Below, piece by piece: positions 27,707 to 35,807 of a stretch of DNA of 64,000 bases. The stretch's first letter is position 1. Every line of letters begins with the position of its first letter. Made by a program: the position numbers and the translations under genes. This DNA is from Verrucomicrobiia bacterium (GTDB lineage: Bacteria > Patescibacteriota > Saccharimonadia > Saccharimonadales > JAGQNK01): assembly GCA_035489575.1 (NCBI GenBank), contig DATHJY010000011.1:148514-212513 (forward strand). The letters are read 5' to 3'. The notes below the pieces were generated by a model. The model did not search any database. It was not told the origin of the DNA and worked only from the letters and a program-made list of their open reading frames with translations.

Positions 27707-28489
27707 ATGAACAAGGAGTATCTAGATTTTGCCACGTCCCTGGCTCATCAAGCTGGTGATATTATGCTCGCACATTTTCAATTTGGCGTGAGCTACGAGA
27801 GAAAAGCCGACAAGACTCATTTAACCATTGCCGACACTGCCATCAACAAAATGGTAGTAGACAAAGTGGCTAGTACTTTTCCTGAGCATAGGGTACTTGG
27901 CGAGGAAGAAAGCAGCGTAGCTAATGACAGTGAGTTTGTATGGGTCTGCGATCCAATCGATGGAACAACTTCTTACGTGTTTGGGCTAGCTACAAATGTG
28001 TTTAGCCTCGTCTTAGTTCACAAAGGTATCCCTTTGCTTGGGGTAGTGTACGATCCTCATATGAAACGCCTCTTTACTGCCGAGAAAGGTCAGGGCGCTT
28101 ATATGAATGGCGAGCGTCTTAGGGTGAACAGCCTTACGGTCGAGGAGTCCGTCATTGGGTGCACGGGCAAAAGGTCCAAGACTGTAGACTCAGCTGGGCT
28201 TCATGCCGCTATTGAGCGCACAGCTCATAGAATGATGTTTCTGGGGTGTGTTGTTTATGAGGGCATGCTAACTGCCGCAGGACATATGGGCGGCCATGTT
28301 TACTCGGGCTCCAACCCCTATGACGGTGTAGCAAGTGCACTTTTTGTCAAAGAAGCTGGAGGCAAAGTGACCAACCTGCTTGGCGAGGACCAAAAGTACG
28401 ATCGTGAGATCAAAGGCATAGTAGCTACAAATGGAGTTGTTCACGACGATATCCTACGCTTAGTCCAAAAGAGTTTACTTCAAAAGTAA
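27707..28489 (+). CDS. inositol monophosphatase family protein
   Basis: GEE...WVCDPIDGTTSY metal-binding motifs. Confidence 0.85.
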   Translation: MNKEYLDFATSLAHQAGDIMLAHFQFGVSYERKADKTHLTIADTAINKMVVDKVASTFPEHRVLGEEESSVANDSEFVWVCDPIDGTTSYVFGLATNVFSLVLVHKGIPLLGVVYDPHMKRLFTAEKGQGAYMNGERLRVNSLTVEESVIGCTGKRSKTVDSAGLHAAIERTAHRMMFLGCVVYEGMLTAAGHMGGHVYSGSNPYDGVASALFVKEAGGKVTNLLGEDQKYDREIKGIVATNGVVHDDILRLVQKSLLQK

Positions 28490-28620
28490 AATAGACACTT
28501 TTTTGATACAGTGCCTATGAACTAATTCTTATTTCCGTCCGCAATATAAAAACCCCAGCTTTTGACTGGGCCTTTTTCTTTGGCAGGGGCTCCAGTTCGG
28601 TGATCGAACTCTCCTAGAGG

Positions 28621-29886
28621 ATGACAGCATACTTTAGCAAGGCAAATTACTCTGCGTGCATTGCTATGTCATGGCGGCTAACGTACGCTAGATCTAAGAT
28701 GAATTATGCACGCCGTCTCCGGCCGCTATTTATGGCGGAGTTTTGTATGGGTTTTATGTTTTATTGGCCCATCTTGTATCCCCTTATGAGTAGCAGGGGA
28801 CTCGACCTACATAAGATCGGTTTGTTTTTGATATTTTCGAACTGTATCACACTCCTGTTGGAGATACCCTCCGGGTTGCTAGCTGACAGATGGAGCCGCA
28901 AGGGTGTGGCACTGGCAAGCATCGGCTCATTGCTAATCGGGACACTTTTACTCTCACGCGCACAAGTCTTTCTGGACTTCTTGCTCAGCGCCGTGTTTGT
29001 CAGCGCTTATTTTGCGCTCAGTTCAGGCATGAAAGAAGCTATGATGTATGATCTGTTGCTTGAATATAACGAACGTCCGACATATGAGAAGCAGCTTGGA
29101 CGCTTGAAGGGTATTAGTGCCATTGGGAATATCGTGAGCTCGCTATGCGGGGGGCTCATTGCCGCAGCCACGAGCTTTGCTGTGCCTTTTTATATGACCG
29201 CCGTTAGCTGCGTGCTGGCAATTCCATTTTTGCTGCGCTTCAAGGAACCCCAATTGCACAAGGAGGTAGAGACATCGCGCCTTCTAAAGCACATTGCTGA
29301 TTTGTTTCGCTATCTTGGAAGCCACAAGGAAATGCGCTGGCTCGTTATTACAAGTGTGCTGGCTGGCATTGAATTTTCATTTATGAGCGAGCTGGACCAG
29401 TTCTGGCCGTTGGCACTAGGGTTAGCCTTGGCATGGTATGGGCCATTAAACGCATTATTGATGGTAGGGATCGGGCTAGCTGAGCCTATAGCGGCATGGA
29501 CAGCAAAGAATTATCGACGCAGCGCCATCATAGCCGCCGCATCGATTATTGCCGCTGTTGGGTTACTCATAGAAAATATTTGGATCGTTGCTTTTAGCGA
29601 GTTCCTATTGGTCGCCATGGCTACGTCTCTACGAGTTGTGCTGAGTGGACGGATCCAGGATGGGCTGCCATCATCGCATCGTTCGGGGGCTGAGTCGGCC
29701 GTGAGCACCATTGCGAGTCTGATTTTTATCGGTGTAACATTCATGTTTTCTCATTTGGCCAACACTTATTCCGTGTTTGTCGCGGCATGGATAGTGGTCG
29801 CCGTGGCAGTACTGACCGCTATTGGCATTTACTCGAGCCTGTACCTCCGCCAGTCCGCTACCGCTGCACCACCGCAAAATCAGTAA
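28621..29886 (+). CDS. MFS transporter
   Basis: Polytopic protein with the GLLADRWSRKG loop motif. The true start may be an internal Met. Confidence 0.7.
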   Translation: MTAYFSKANYSACIAMSWRLTYARSKMNYARRLRPLFMAEFCMGFMFYWPILYPLMSSRGLDLHKIGLFLIFSNCITLLLEIPSGLLADRWSRKGVALASIGSLLIGTLLLSRAQVFLDFLLSAVFVSAYFALSSGMKEAMMYDLLLEYNERPTYEKQLGRLKGISAIGNIVSSLCGGLIAAATSFAVPFYMTAVSCVLAIPFLLRFKEPQLHKEVETSRLLKHIADLFRYLGSHKEMRWLVITSVLAGIEFSFMSELDQFWPLALGLALAWYGPLNALLMVGIGLAEPIAAWTAKNYRRSAIIAAASIIAAVGLLIENIWIVAFSEFLLVAMATSLRVVLSGRIQDGLPSSHRSGAESAVSTIASLIFIGVTFMFSHLANTYSVFVAAWIVVAVAVLTAIGIYSSLYLRQSATAAPPQNQ

Positions 29887-30066
29887 TAGCTGACATACCA
29901 GCATACTTACCCAAACTTGCAACCTCCAGATGCCCCTGAAGGCTCTCATCAGGAGGAAGTTTTTGCCATACTTGAACAAATGGAGCCGCCAGTTACCCAG
30001 GCAGCCGAGCGATGACAGTGGGGAGGTGAAACTGATTTACGATTCGCTTTAAGATATACTTCCACT

Positions 30067-30906
30067 ATGTGGTTTATCTTTTCAGCACTTGCTGGCTTGT
30101 TGTATACGGGCGATGGTTTGCTCCGGCGCCACTTTCTACGCAAGCAAAAGGACGCATGGGCATTCTCCTTTTTCTATAGTCTTGTCGGAGCTATTGTCAG
30201 CTTTCCCCTCATGCTCGCATCGCCCGTTCTGCCGACCTCGATTGGCCCTTGGCTGGGCGCACTGCTGGTAGGCTTGCTCATAGTTGGCAATAATCTTCTG
30301 TTATTCAAAGCCGCCAACCATATCGAAGCATCAATAATCGGCACTCTGTTCAAATTAAAATACGTCTGGATATTCGCGCTCAGTATCCTACTTCTTGGTA
30401 ATGCTTTTGAGTGGACAAAACTCGGAGGCGTAATCCTGACTATGGCCGCGGGCATCATCATTATGCATCGGTTTAAGCGGCCGAAAGACAATACGGGCGT
30501 TTCTCTCGTATTGCTGGCTACATTGTTTAACGCCCTGCTTATCATCGCGTCCAAGTATCTACTGGACTATTTCAACGCACCAAGCCTAACCTTCTTTGCT
30601 ACCTTTTTGCCCGCTCTGCTATTGAATTTTATTCTCATGCCCAGGGCAAGATCGCGCATAGGAAGTATGTTTAAGGCAGACTGGAAGGTAGTTTTTGGGA
30701 TATGCGCCGTAGGGGCAGCAGCTAGCTTGGCACTCAATCAGGCGCTCTCTCTGCATGACGCAACGAGTGTCATTATCATTAGTGAGGTATTCTTGGTGCT
30801 CATTCTCGCGGGAGAGCACCTTGTACTGAAAGAGAAAGAACAGCTTTGGGTTAAACTTGGCAGTATCATGCTTGCGATAGCCGGCGCTGCAATGATCTTA
30901 CTCTAA
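30067..30906 (+). CDS. EamA/DMT-family transporter
   Basis: About ten hydrophobic segments in two EamA-like halves. Confidence 0.7.
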   Translation: MWFIFSALAGLLYTGDGLLRRHFLRKQKDAWAFSFFYSLVGAIVSFPLMLASPVLPTSIGPWLGALLVGLLIVGNNLLLFKAANHIEASIIGTLFKLKYVWIFALSILLLGNAFEWTKLGGVILTMAAGIIIMHRFKRPKDNTGVSLVLLATLFNALLIIASKYLLDYFNAPSLTFFATFLPALLLNFILMPRARSRIGSMFKADWKVVFGICAVGAAASLALNQALSLHDATSVIIISEVFLVLILAGEHLVLKEKEQLWVKLGSIMLAIAGAAMILL

Positions 30907-31030
30907 ACTGCCAAAAAGCCACAGCTGCAGAGCTTTCTTGGAGCAAGCTCCTGTGAGAGAACCTACGACTTTAGTATTTTGCAAAGCAAAATCCTAGTCG
31001 TAGAACCAAGACTTGCAGCAAAGCCAAGAC

Positions 31031-31052
31031 AAAACCCGGTCTTTCGACCGGG
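31031..31052 (-). terminator. terminator downstream of tRNA-Trp
   Basis: CCCGGTC/GACCGGG stem with loop TTTC, and a U-run on the minus strand (plus-strand AAAA 31031-34). Confidence 0.6.
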
Positions 31053-31060
31053 CCTTATCT

Positions 31061-31134
31061 TGGCAGGGGTGGCCGGACTCGAACCGGCAGCACGACTTTT
31101 GGAGAGTCGCCGCTTACCATTAACGAACACCCCT
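31061..31134 (-). tRNA. tRNA-Trp (anticodon CCA), CCA encoded
   Basis: Minus strand: acceptor AGGGGTG/CACCCCT, anticodon stem CGACT/AGTCG with loop CTCCAAA, T-arm CCGGTTCGAGTCCGG, 3' GCCA. Confidence 0.9.
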
Positions 31135-31801
31135 ACGTGCTCTTACCAAATTCACTATAAATCATTTTAAGCAATTTGCCGAGAGCGCTGTCTAGATACC
31201 TTATGCTGACGCACCCCGGATATCCAATGCGTGTGTTCTTGCCAGTGTTTGGTTTTAAGTAAGGTTTATGGAACTGGGATATGGGAATTTCTGTTACTTT
31301 GGACCAGAACCGCAGCTGTTTCTCCTGGTTATGATATTCATGCAAATGTATCAGGGCTCTGAACTTGTTCTCCTGAATGGGGAATCCCTCTCTAAGTAGT
31401 GATAGGAACTTCTGGATCATGGCTGGGTCAGAGTTAATAAACTGTATACCCCCTCTTACATCCTTTCCTCCTTCGCACCAGAACAGGACAGAGCAGAGTA
31501 ATTTCTTATGATCTAGGGATAAGGGTGCGTGCTCTACAATCTTGCGTGCACTCTCGCCTAGAAGATCGTCTCGCTCTTTATGTCTTTGTTTATTTAAAGC
31601 AGCGAGATGGGTAACCTTCGCTTGTTGGGCGACTCTGAGCCGCGCCTCGCTTCTATTCTTTTCGCCTTGGCTCAAATGCAAACCATGAGTCCATGAATAT
31701 GCAGTTGATTTGGCAATCTCCAACTCTCTAGCTATCTCTGCAAACAAAAAGCCCTCTCGTCTTAGTGCTATTGCTTGAGATTTTATATCTTTTGAACGCA
31801 T
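31133..31801 (-). CDS. HTH-domain protein with possible LAGLIDADG-like endonuclease core
   Basis: 222 aa. N-terminal FAEIARELEIAKSTAYSW is an HTH. LLCSVLFWCEGGKD...FINSDPAMIQKFLSLL resembles LAGLIDADG-type blocks (low certainty). The TAG stop overlaps the tRNA-Trp 5' end by 2 nt. Confidence 0.4.
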   Translation of the reverse strand: MRSKDIKSQAIALRREGFLFAEIARELEIAKSTAYSWTHGLHLSQGEKNRSEARLRVAQQAKVTHLAALNKQRHKERDDLLGESARKIVEHAPLSLDHKKLLCSVLFWCEGGKDVRGGIQFINSDPAMIQKFLSLLREGFPIQENKFRALIHLHEYHNQEKQLRFWSKVTEIPISQFHKPYLKPNTGKNTRIGYPGCVSIRYLDSALGKLLKMIYSEFGKST

Positions 31802-31927
31802 AAAATATAGTTACGTAACTTGTATACATTGTATATTAACACTCAATAACAGACCAGTCGGTTAGTACACTGCCTGGGGTAAAATTTCGCTTTGTAAAGC
31901 ATAAGCTTTTTTGTATGATGGATTTTC

Positions 31928-33070
31928 ATGCAAAACATTACATCACCCGAAGCACCAGCAGTACTCATGTTATATGGCCACCATGGCGAGCACCCGTGGG
32001 CCGAAGATATGTTTAGACGACCAGACCAGTTACAGGCTGGTTTTGCCGCCCAGGGCTTTCGGTTCGACATTGGGATGGCGCTAGACAAACCCACACCAGG
32101 CGACAAATTGCCGGAGCGGGTGCTGATTGCTCAGAATCCCCAGTATGATGAGTTTGGCGAAGTGCAAGACGCACACTTTCAGCCGGGCCGTATAGAAGAT
32201 TATCCGGTGGTGATCGACCATTGGGTCGCAAACTTTCAGGACTTGGTAAAGCAACCAGATGGCAGCCTGCTGCGCACGGCCTACGGTATTGGTCTGCCGC
32301 CAGAGCGGTTGTGGAACCATAAAAGCATTCAGGGCTTTGGAAACCGCAAGGATTTTATGGATGAAGTGCTGCGCAGCGAGGGCGTAGCCATCGATACCTG
32401 GAATGTCCTGGAACTTGAAAAGCTGGGTGAGGTGCACGGCGATACAAAGGTTATATATAAACCGGTGGACGGGTCGCGAAGCAAAGGCGTAGAGGTATTT
32501 CCTAGCCTAAGTGCCTTGCGCCAAGCCGTGCAGATGGGCAGGTTGGCAACCAGTGGACTTATCCAGCCGTATTTTCCTATTCATACACCCATAGAAGGAC
32601 TGGAGCCATCGGACGATGCGGGTGCCGAAACCATGAAGTACGCCAACGCACCAGACAGGGCTCACGAAATCCGCATGCATGTCCTGACTTCAACCACGGC
32701 TGATGGCGAGCTGCAAGTCGAAACCTATCCTTCCTTCGTATACACACTGCCAGATGTTGAATTTATGACGTCCGCCGGGTACGTTGCCCTCAACCCATCC
32801 TGCATCTCCGAGGGGTCATATATACATGACAAAACCGTAGCCCTAGCCAAAGCCCTAAGTGCTCGTGCCGGGGGCGATGGACCGCCTATACCGCAGTGGT
32901 ATGGAGCATTCGACTGGTTTGCCGCCGGAGATATCAATAATCCAGAACACGTAAAGGCTGTCGAAGGTAACTGCCGCGGACCAGGCTTGGATGTACAGGC
33001 GGTAGCTACCCGCGAGGCATTTGTGCGAGTTCTGGCAGGCAGCGGTTTACGCAATATGGGTGTGAGATAG
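31928..33070 (+). CDS. ATP-grasp-like protein, hypothetical
   Basis: KVIYKPVDGSRSKGVEVF, EIRMHV and C-terminal EGNCRGPG resemble ATP-grasp (RimK-type) motifs. Confidence 0.5.
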   Translation: MQNITSPEAPAVLMLYGHHGEHPWAEDMFRRPDQLQAGFAAQGFRFDIGMALDKPTPGDKLPERVLIAQNPQYDEFGEVQDAHFQPGRIEDYPVVIDHWVANFQDLVKQPDGSLLRTAYGIGLPPERLWNHKSIQGFGNRKDFMDEVLRSEGVAIDTWNVLELEKLGEVHGDTKVIYKPVDGSRSKGVEVFPSLSALRQAVQMGRLATSGLIQPYFPIHTPIEGLEPSDDAGAETMKYANAPDRAHEIRMHVLTSTTADGELQVETYPSFVYTLPDVEFMTSAGYVALNPSCISEGSYIHDKTVALAKALSARAGGDGPPIPQWYGAFDWFAAGDINNPEHVKAVEGNCRGPGLDVQAVATREAFVRVLAGSGLRNMGVR

Positions 33071-33132
33071 TTCACACACTAAACCCAGGCTTTGTCTTAC
33101 TATGAACATGATTAAGCAAAAGGGGTACGAGC

Positions 33133-34119
33133 ATGCACATTACACAAAACTTTCGTGACTATGGTAAACAGCTTTCTTTTATAGTCGCCACGTTACTTAT
33201 AGCGCTGGTGGTACCAGCTTCGGCCGCAGCTGCGCCAAATCCGTGGACGGGCAGGCGAGTTCTTAATATTGCTCACCAGGGTGGGGAGTTTGAGGCACCG
33301 TCTGATACACTGTTTGCTTTTAAAACTGCCGTAGACAAGGGCGCAGATGTTCTGGAACTGGATGTACATGCTACCGCCGACGGCGAGATCGTTGCCCTGC
33401 ACGATGCCACAGTAGACCGCACCACTAACGGCACCGGACGCGTAGACCAGCAAACGCTGGCGCAGCTAAAGGCACTAGACGCCGCCTACTGGTTTGCCAC
33501 CAACTGTGGCACCTGCCATGACCAACCGGCTGGCAACTATACCTACCGTGGATATGCTACGGGCACACCCATTCCACCAGAGCTAAGCGCCTACCAAGCC
33601 AACGACTTCCGTGTTCCTACCTTGCGTGAAGTCCTGCAAACTTTCCCGGACAAGCTGATCAATATCGAAATAAAAGCCACCACGCCAGACACTACACCGT
33701 ACGAAAATAAAGTAGCGGCCCTCATGAATGAGTTTGGTCGCAACACAGACACTATTGTCGTGTCATTCAACGACGCTTCTATGGCACTGTTCAAACTAAA
33801 TCAGACAGCAGTCAGCGCCGCTCCCGGCATTGTCACCACCGGCGTTTTCTGGGCCGCTACCCAGAGTATTCTGCCCGGCATACCGCTGCCTGGCTACCAC
33901 GCGCTGCAAGTACCCACCTCCTACCAGGGCCTCAATATTGTGTCGCAGCCGTTCATAACCAAGGCGCACAACAATAACTTGGCCGTACATGTCTGGACTA
34001 TCGAAGATCGAGCCCAAATGGAGCAGCTGATCGACCAAGGTGTCGATGGCATCATGACCAATCGCCCTACACTTCTAGAAGAAGTCCTGACAGAGAAGGG
34101 TGTCCGATACGAACCGTAA
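33133..34119 (+). CDS. glycerophosphodiester phosphodiesterase, secreted
   Basis: Signal peptide. HQGGEFEAPSDTLFAF...GADVLELDVHATADGEIVALHDATVDRTTNGTG is a GDPD motif. Confidence 0.85.
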   Translation: MHITQNFRDYGKQLSFIVATLLIALVVPASAAAAPNPWTGRRVLNIAHQGGEFEAPSDTLFAFKTAVDKGADVLELDVHATADGEIVALHDATVDRTTNGTGRVDQQTLAQLKALDAAYWFATNCGTCHDQPAGNYTYRGYATGTPIPPELSAYQANDFRVPTLREVLQTFPDKLINIEIKATTPDTTPYENKVAALMNEFGRNTDTIVVSFNDASMALFKLNQTAVSAAPGIVTTGVFWAATQSILPGIPLPGYHALQVPTSYQGLNIVSQPFITKAHNNNLAVHVWTIEDRAQMEQLIDQGVDGIMTNRPTLLEEVLTEKGVRYEP

Positions 34120-34169
34120 GTGGCTTAAGAACTCATACCTACGTACTAAATACGTACCTATGAATGCTT

Positions 34170-34228
34170 AAAAAAATTCATCGTAGTGGGCCGCCCTGGG
34201 TTGGGGTTGTGGGCGGCCCACTACGATG
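34170..34228 (-). terminator. strong intrinsic terminator, cassette copy 1
   Basis: CATCGTAGTGGGCCGCCC pairs with GGGCGGCCCACTACGATG (18 bp), followed on the minus strand by AATTTTTTT. Confidence 0.8.
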
Positions 34229-34244
34229 TTTGTGTTCAGGGGTC

Positions 34245-34577
34245 CTAGACGCGCGCGTCGGCGACGATCAGGTTGGCGGTGCCGGTCGTGACCAGCGTGT
34301 CGAGCTCCTTGAGAAGCTCCGTCACGAACCTGCGGCAGGTGGTGCGGGCCATCACGCGCTGCAAGATGACGATCGCGATAGATACCTTGCCCTCGACGGA
34401 TCCATTGTTCTCGACCCGAGCAGACTCGACACCGTCGACACGCTCCACCAGCGACTCCAGCACCTGGGCGGGCACCTGCGACAGGTCGAGCGCTCGGTGG
34501 GAGATGTAGTGGGTGGTACCACCCATGACGTCGTTGCAGTAGAAGTCTTCCGGCCTCAGTTCGATTTTCACGAGCAT
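34245..34577 (-). CDS. GC-rich small protein P1 (110 aa), unknown family
   Basis: Start ATG 34577 with GGAGG 5 nt upstream (track ORF extends to 34673). Paralogous to P2 and P3 (FVTELLKELDTL vs FVHWLVEELKTV vs FVCNLIQELQAL). Confidence 0.6.
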   Translation of the reverse strand: MLVKIELRPEDFYCNDVMGGTTHYISHRALDLSQVPAQVLESLVERVDGVESARVENNGSVEGKVSIAIVILQRVMARTTCRRFVTELLKELDTLVTTGTANLIVADARV

Positions 34578-34702
34578 ATGTATGCCTCCTGGCATGTCGT
34601 AGGGATATAGATGCAGGGTAGCAACCTTTCCTTGTGTGAAAGGCTCGTATCCTGCATATATATGCCTGAACAACTGAATGTGCTCTCATACTCTATGAGA
34701 AT
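34578..34702 (-). promoter_or_regulatory. structured 5' leader, copy 1
   Basis: 5'-terminal hairpin (34685-99), long irregular hairpin (34611-57) and SD-containing hairpin ATGCC-AGGA-GGCAT (34582-95). Homologous to 35512-35635. Confidence 0.5.
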
Positions 34703-34708
34703 TGATAT

Positions 34709-34737
34709 ATTATACTATAAAATTAAAAATAAAGCAA
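34709..34737 (-). promoter_or_regulatory. promoter TTGCTT-17-TATAAT (minus strand)
   Basis: Plus-strand AAGCAA at 34732-37 and ATTATA at 34709-14. Confidence 0.6.
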
Positions 34738-34766
34738 TATTTTCTCTGTAGATCATGTGTGCTTTT

Positions 34767-34824
34767 AAAAAATATCATCGTAGTGGGTGGCCCGGGTAGG
34801 GTTGTGGGCCAGCCCACTACGATG
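34767..34824 (-). terminator. strong intrinsic terminator, cassette copy 2
   Basis: CATCGTAGTGGGTGGCCC pairs with GGGCCAGCCCACTACGATG (one bulge), followed on the minus strand by ATATTTTTT. Near-duplicate of 34170-34228. Confidence 0.8.
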
Positions 34825-34833
34825 AAAGGGGTG

Positions 34834-35151
34834 TCAGGTGCTCTGGGGGTGGGGACAGGATTCGGCGACGTCGCCGTCGGCAGGAACTGTCTTCAGCTCC
34901 TCGACGAGCCAGTGCACGAAGCCCCGGGCATTGGACTCATAGAAGGGACCGGCTACCACCACGCTCAGAGACCTTCCATCGGCCACCACATGCGCAGAGA
35001 TGACGTAACTGATGCGGGCAATTACTCGTCCCAGTAGCACGGGTGATAGCTGGGCAAAATCAACCCCTCCATGTCGGACTGTGAAGGTCGTGACATCTAT
35101 GGACCACCGTCCGCTGCCGGTGACGCTGAAGTCTTCAACGTCCAATTGCAT
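34834..35151 (-). CDS. GC-rich small protein P2 (105 aa), unknown family
   Basis: ATG 35151 with AGGAGA 4 nt upstream (track ORF extends to 35226). Shares TFTVRHGGVDFAQLS and later blocks with P3. Confidence 0.6.
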   Translation of the reverse strand: MQLDVEDFSVTGSGRWSIDVTTFTVRHGGVDFAQLSPVLLGRVIARISYVISAHVVADGRSLSVVVAGPFYESNARGFVHWLVEELKTVPADGDVAESCPHPQST

Positions 35152-35179
35152 GCTGTCTCCTGATACTCGGATGCTGGGG

Positions 35180-35511
35180 CTACAGGGTGTTAGCCCTAGG
35201 GATGGGACTTGGCCTGGGTTGAGCAACGACGGCCTCGGATGTCGGAAGCGCCTGCAGCTCTTGGATGAGGTTGCACACGAAGCTGGACACGCGGGTTCTG
35301 CGCATGATCATGTCGGACACGACGACGACCACAGAGCGCCCATCTGGCCGCACATGTGCGGAGAGGACACCGTGGACCTCTGCCGCCCGTCCGACTGCAA
35401 CAGCCGACAGGCTGCCAAAGTCGGCCGACGGATGTCGGACAGTGAACATCTGACCATAACTACCAACCGAGGCACCCTCGTCGATGAGGAAGGCTCCGGG
35501 ATATAGTTACA
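35180..35511 (-). pseudogene. P3 paralog with TAA at codon 2 (pseudogene or start-stop uORF plus internal restart)
   Basis: The conserved SD GGAGGCA-n4-ATG (35511) is followed immediately by TAA. The same frame then continues for 108 codons homologous to P2. The first internal ATG is 35449. Confidence 0.4.
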
Positions 35512-35635
35512 TTTTGTGCCTCCAGGCACTCGGGAGTTGGGTATAGATGCGAGGTATCAACCCTCGAACAAGAGAGCTGGTATCTCGCATCATACAACCT
35601 GACACTAGTAAAGTACTTATCCCTTACGAGATAAG
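35512..35635 (-). promoter_or_regulatory. structured 5' leader, copy 2
   Basis: 5' hairpin (35615-34), long hairpin (35546-89) and SD hairpin GTGCC-TGGA-GGCAC (35515-28). Compensatory differences relative to copy 1. Confidence 0.5.
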
Positions 35636-35641
35636 TTACAG

Positions 35642-35669
35642 TACTATACCATTAAAATAGCGTAATTCA
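35642..35669 (-). promoter_or_regulatory. promoter TTGAAT-16-TGgTATAGT (minus strand)
   Basis: Plus-strand ATTCAA at 35664-69 and ACTATA at 35642-47, with an extended -10 TG. Confidence 0.55.
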
Positions 35670-35807
35670 ATGTCCTCGCACTCTAGATCCACACCTGTCT
35701 GCATTGCTTATCATATCCGTCTAATCTGTTATGGTTATCGCCGTAATCTGTGAAGCTGTTTGTATATAGAGGATAATTGTTATAATTTAGTAACTGATGG
35801 ATAGAAC

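Noticed and set aside
28582-28615. TGGCAGGGGCTCCAGTTCGG..., resembling the 3' end of the tRNA-Trp gene (TGGCAGGGGTGGCC...). It was considered as a possible att-site duplicate flanking a 2.5-kb island.
   Set aside because: Only about 9-12 nt match, which is within chance expectation for a window of this size. No T-arm can be folded, and no integrase is present.
34164-34689. 148-aa plus-strand and 173-aa/142-aa minus-strand ORFs overlapping P1
   Set aside because: The 142-aa version runs through the structured leader and upstream of the SD. The others are alternate frames of GC-rich DNA. Only the frame starting at ATG 34577 is homologous to P2 and P3.
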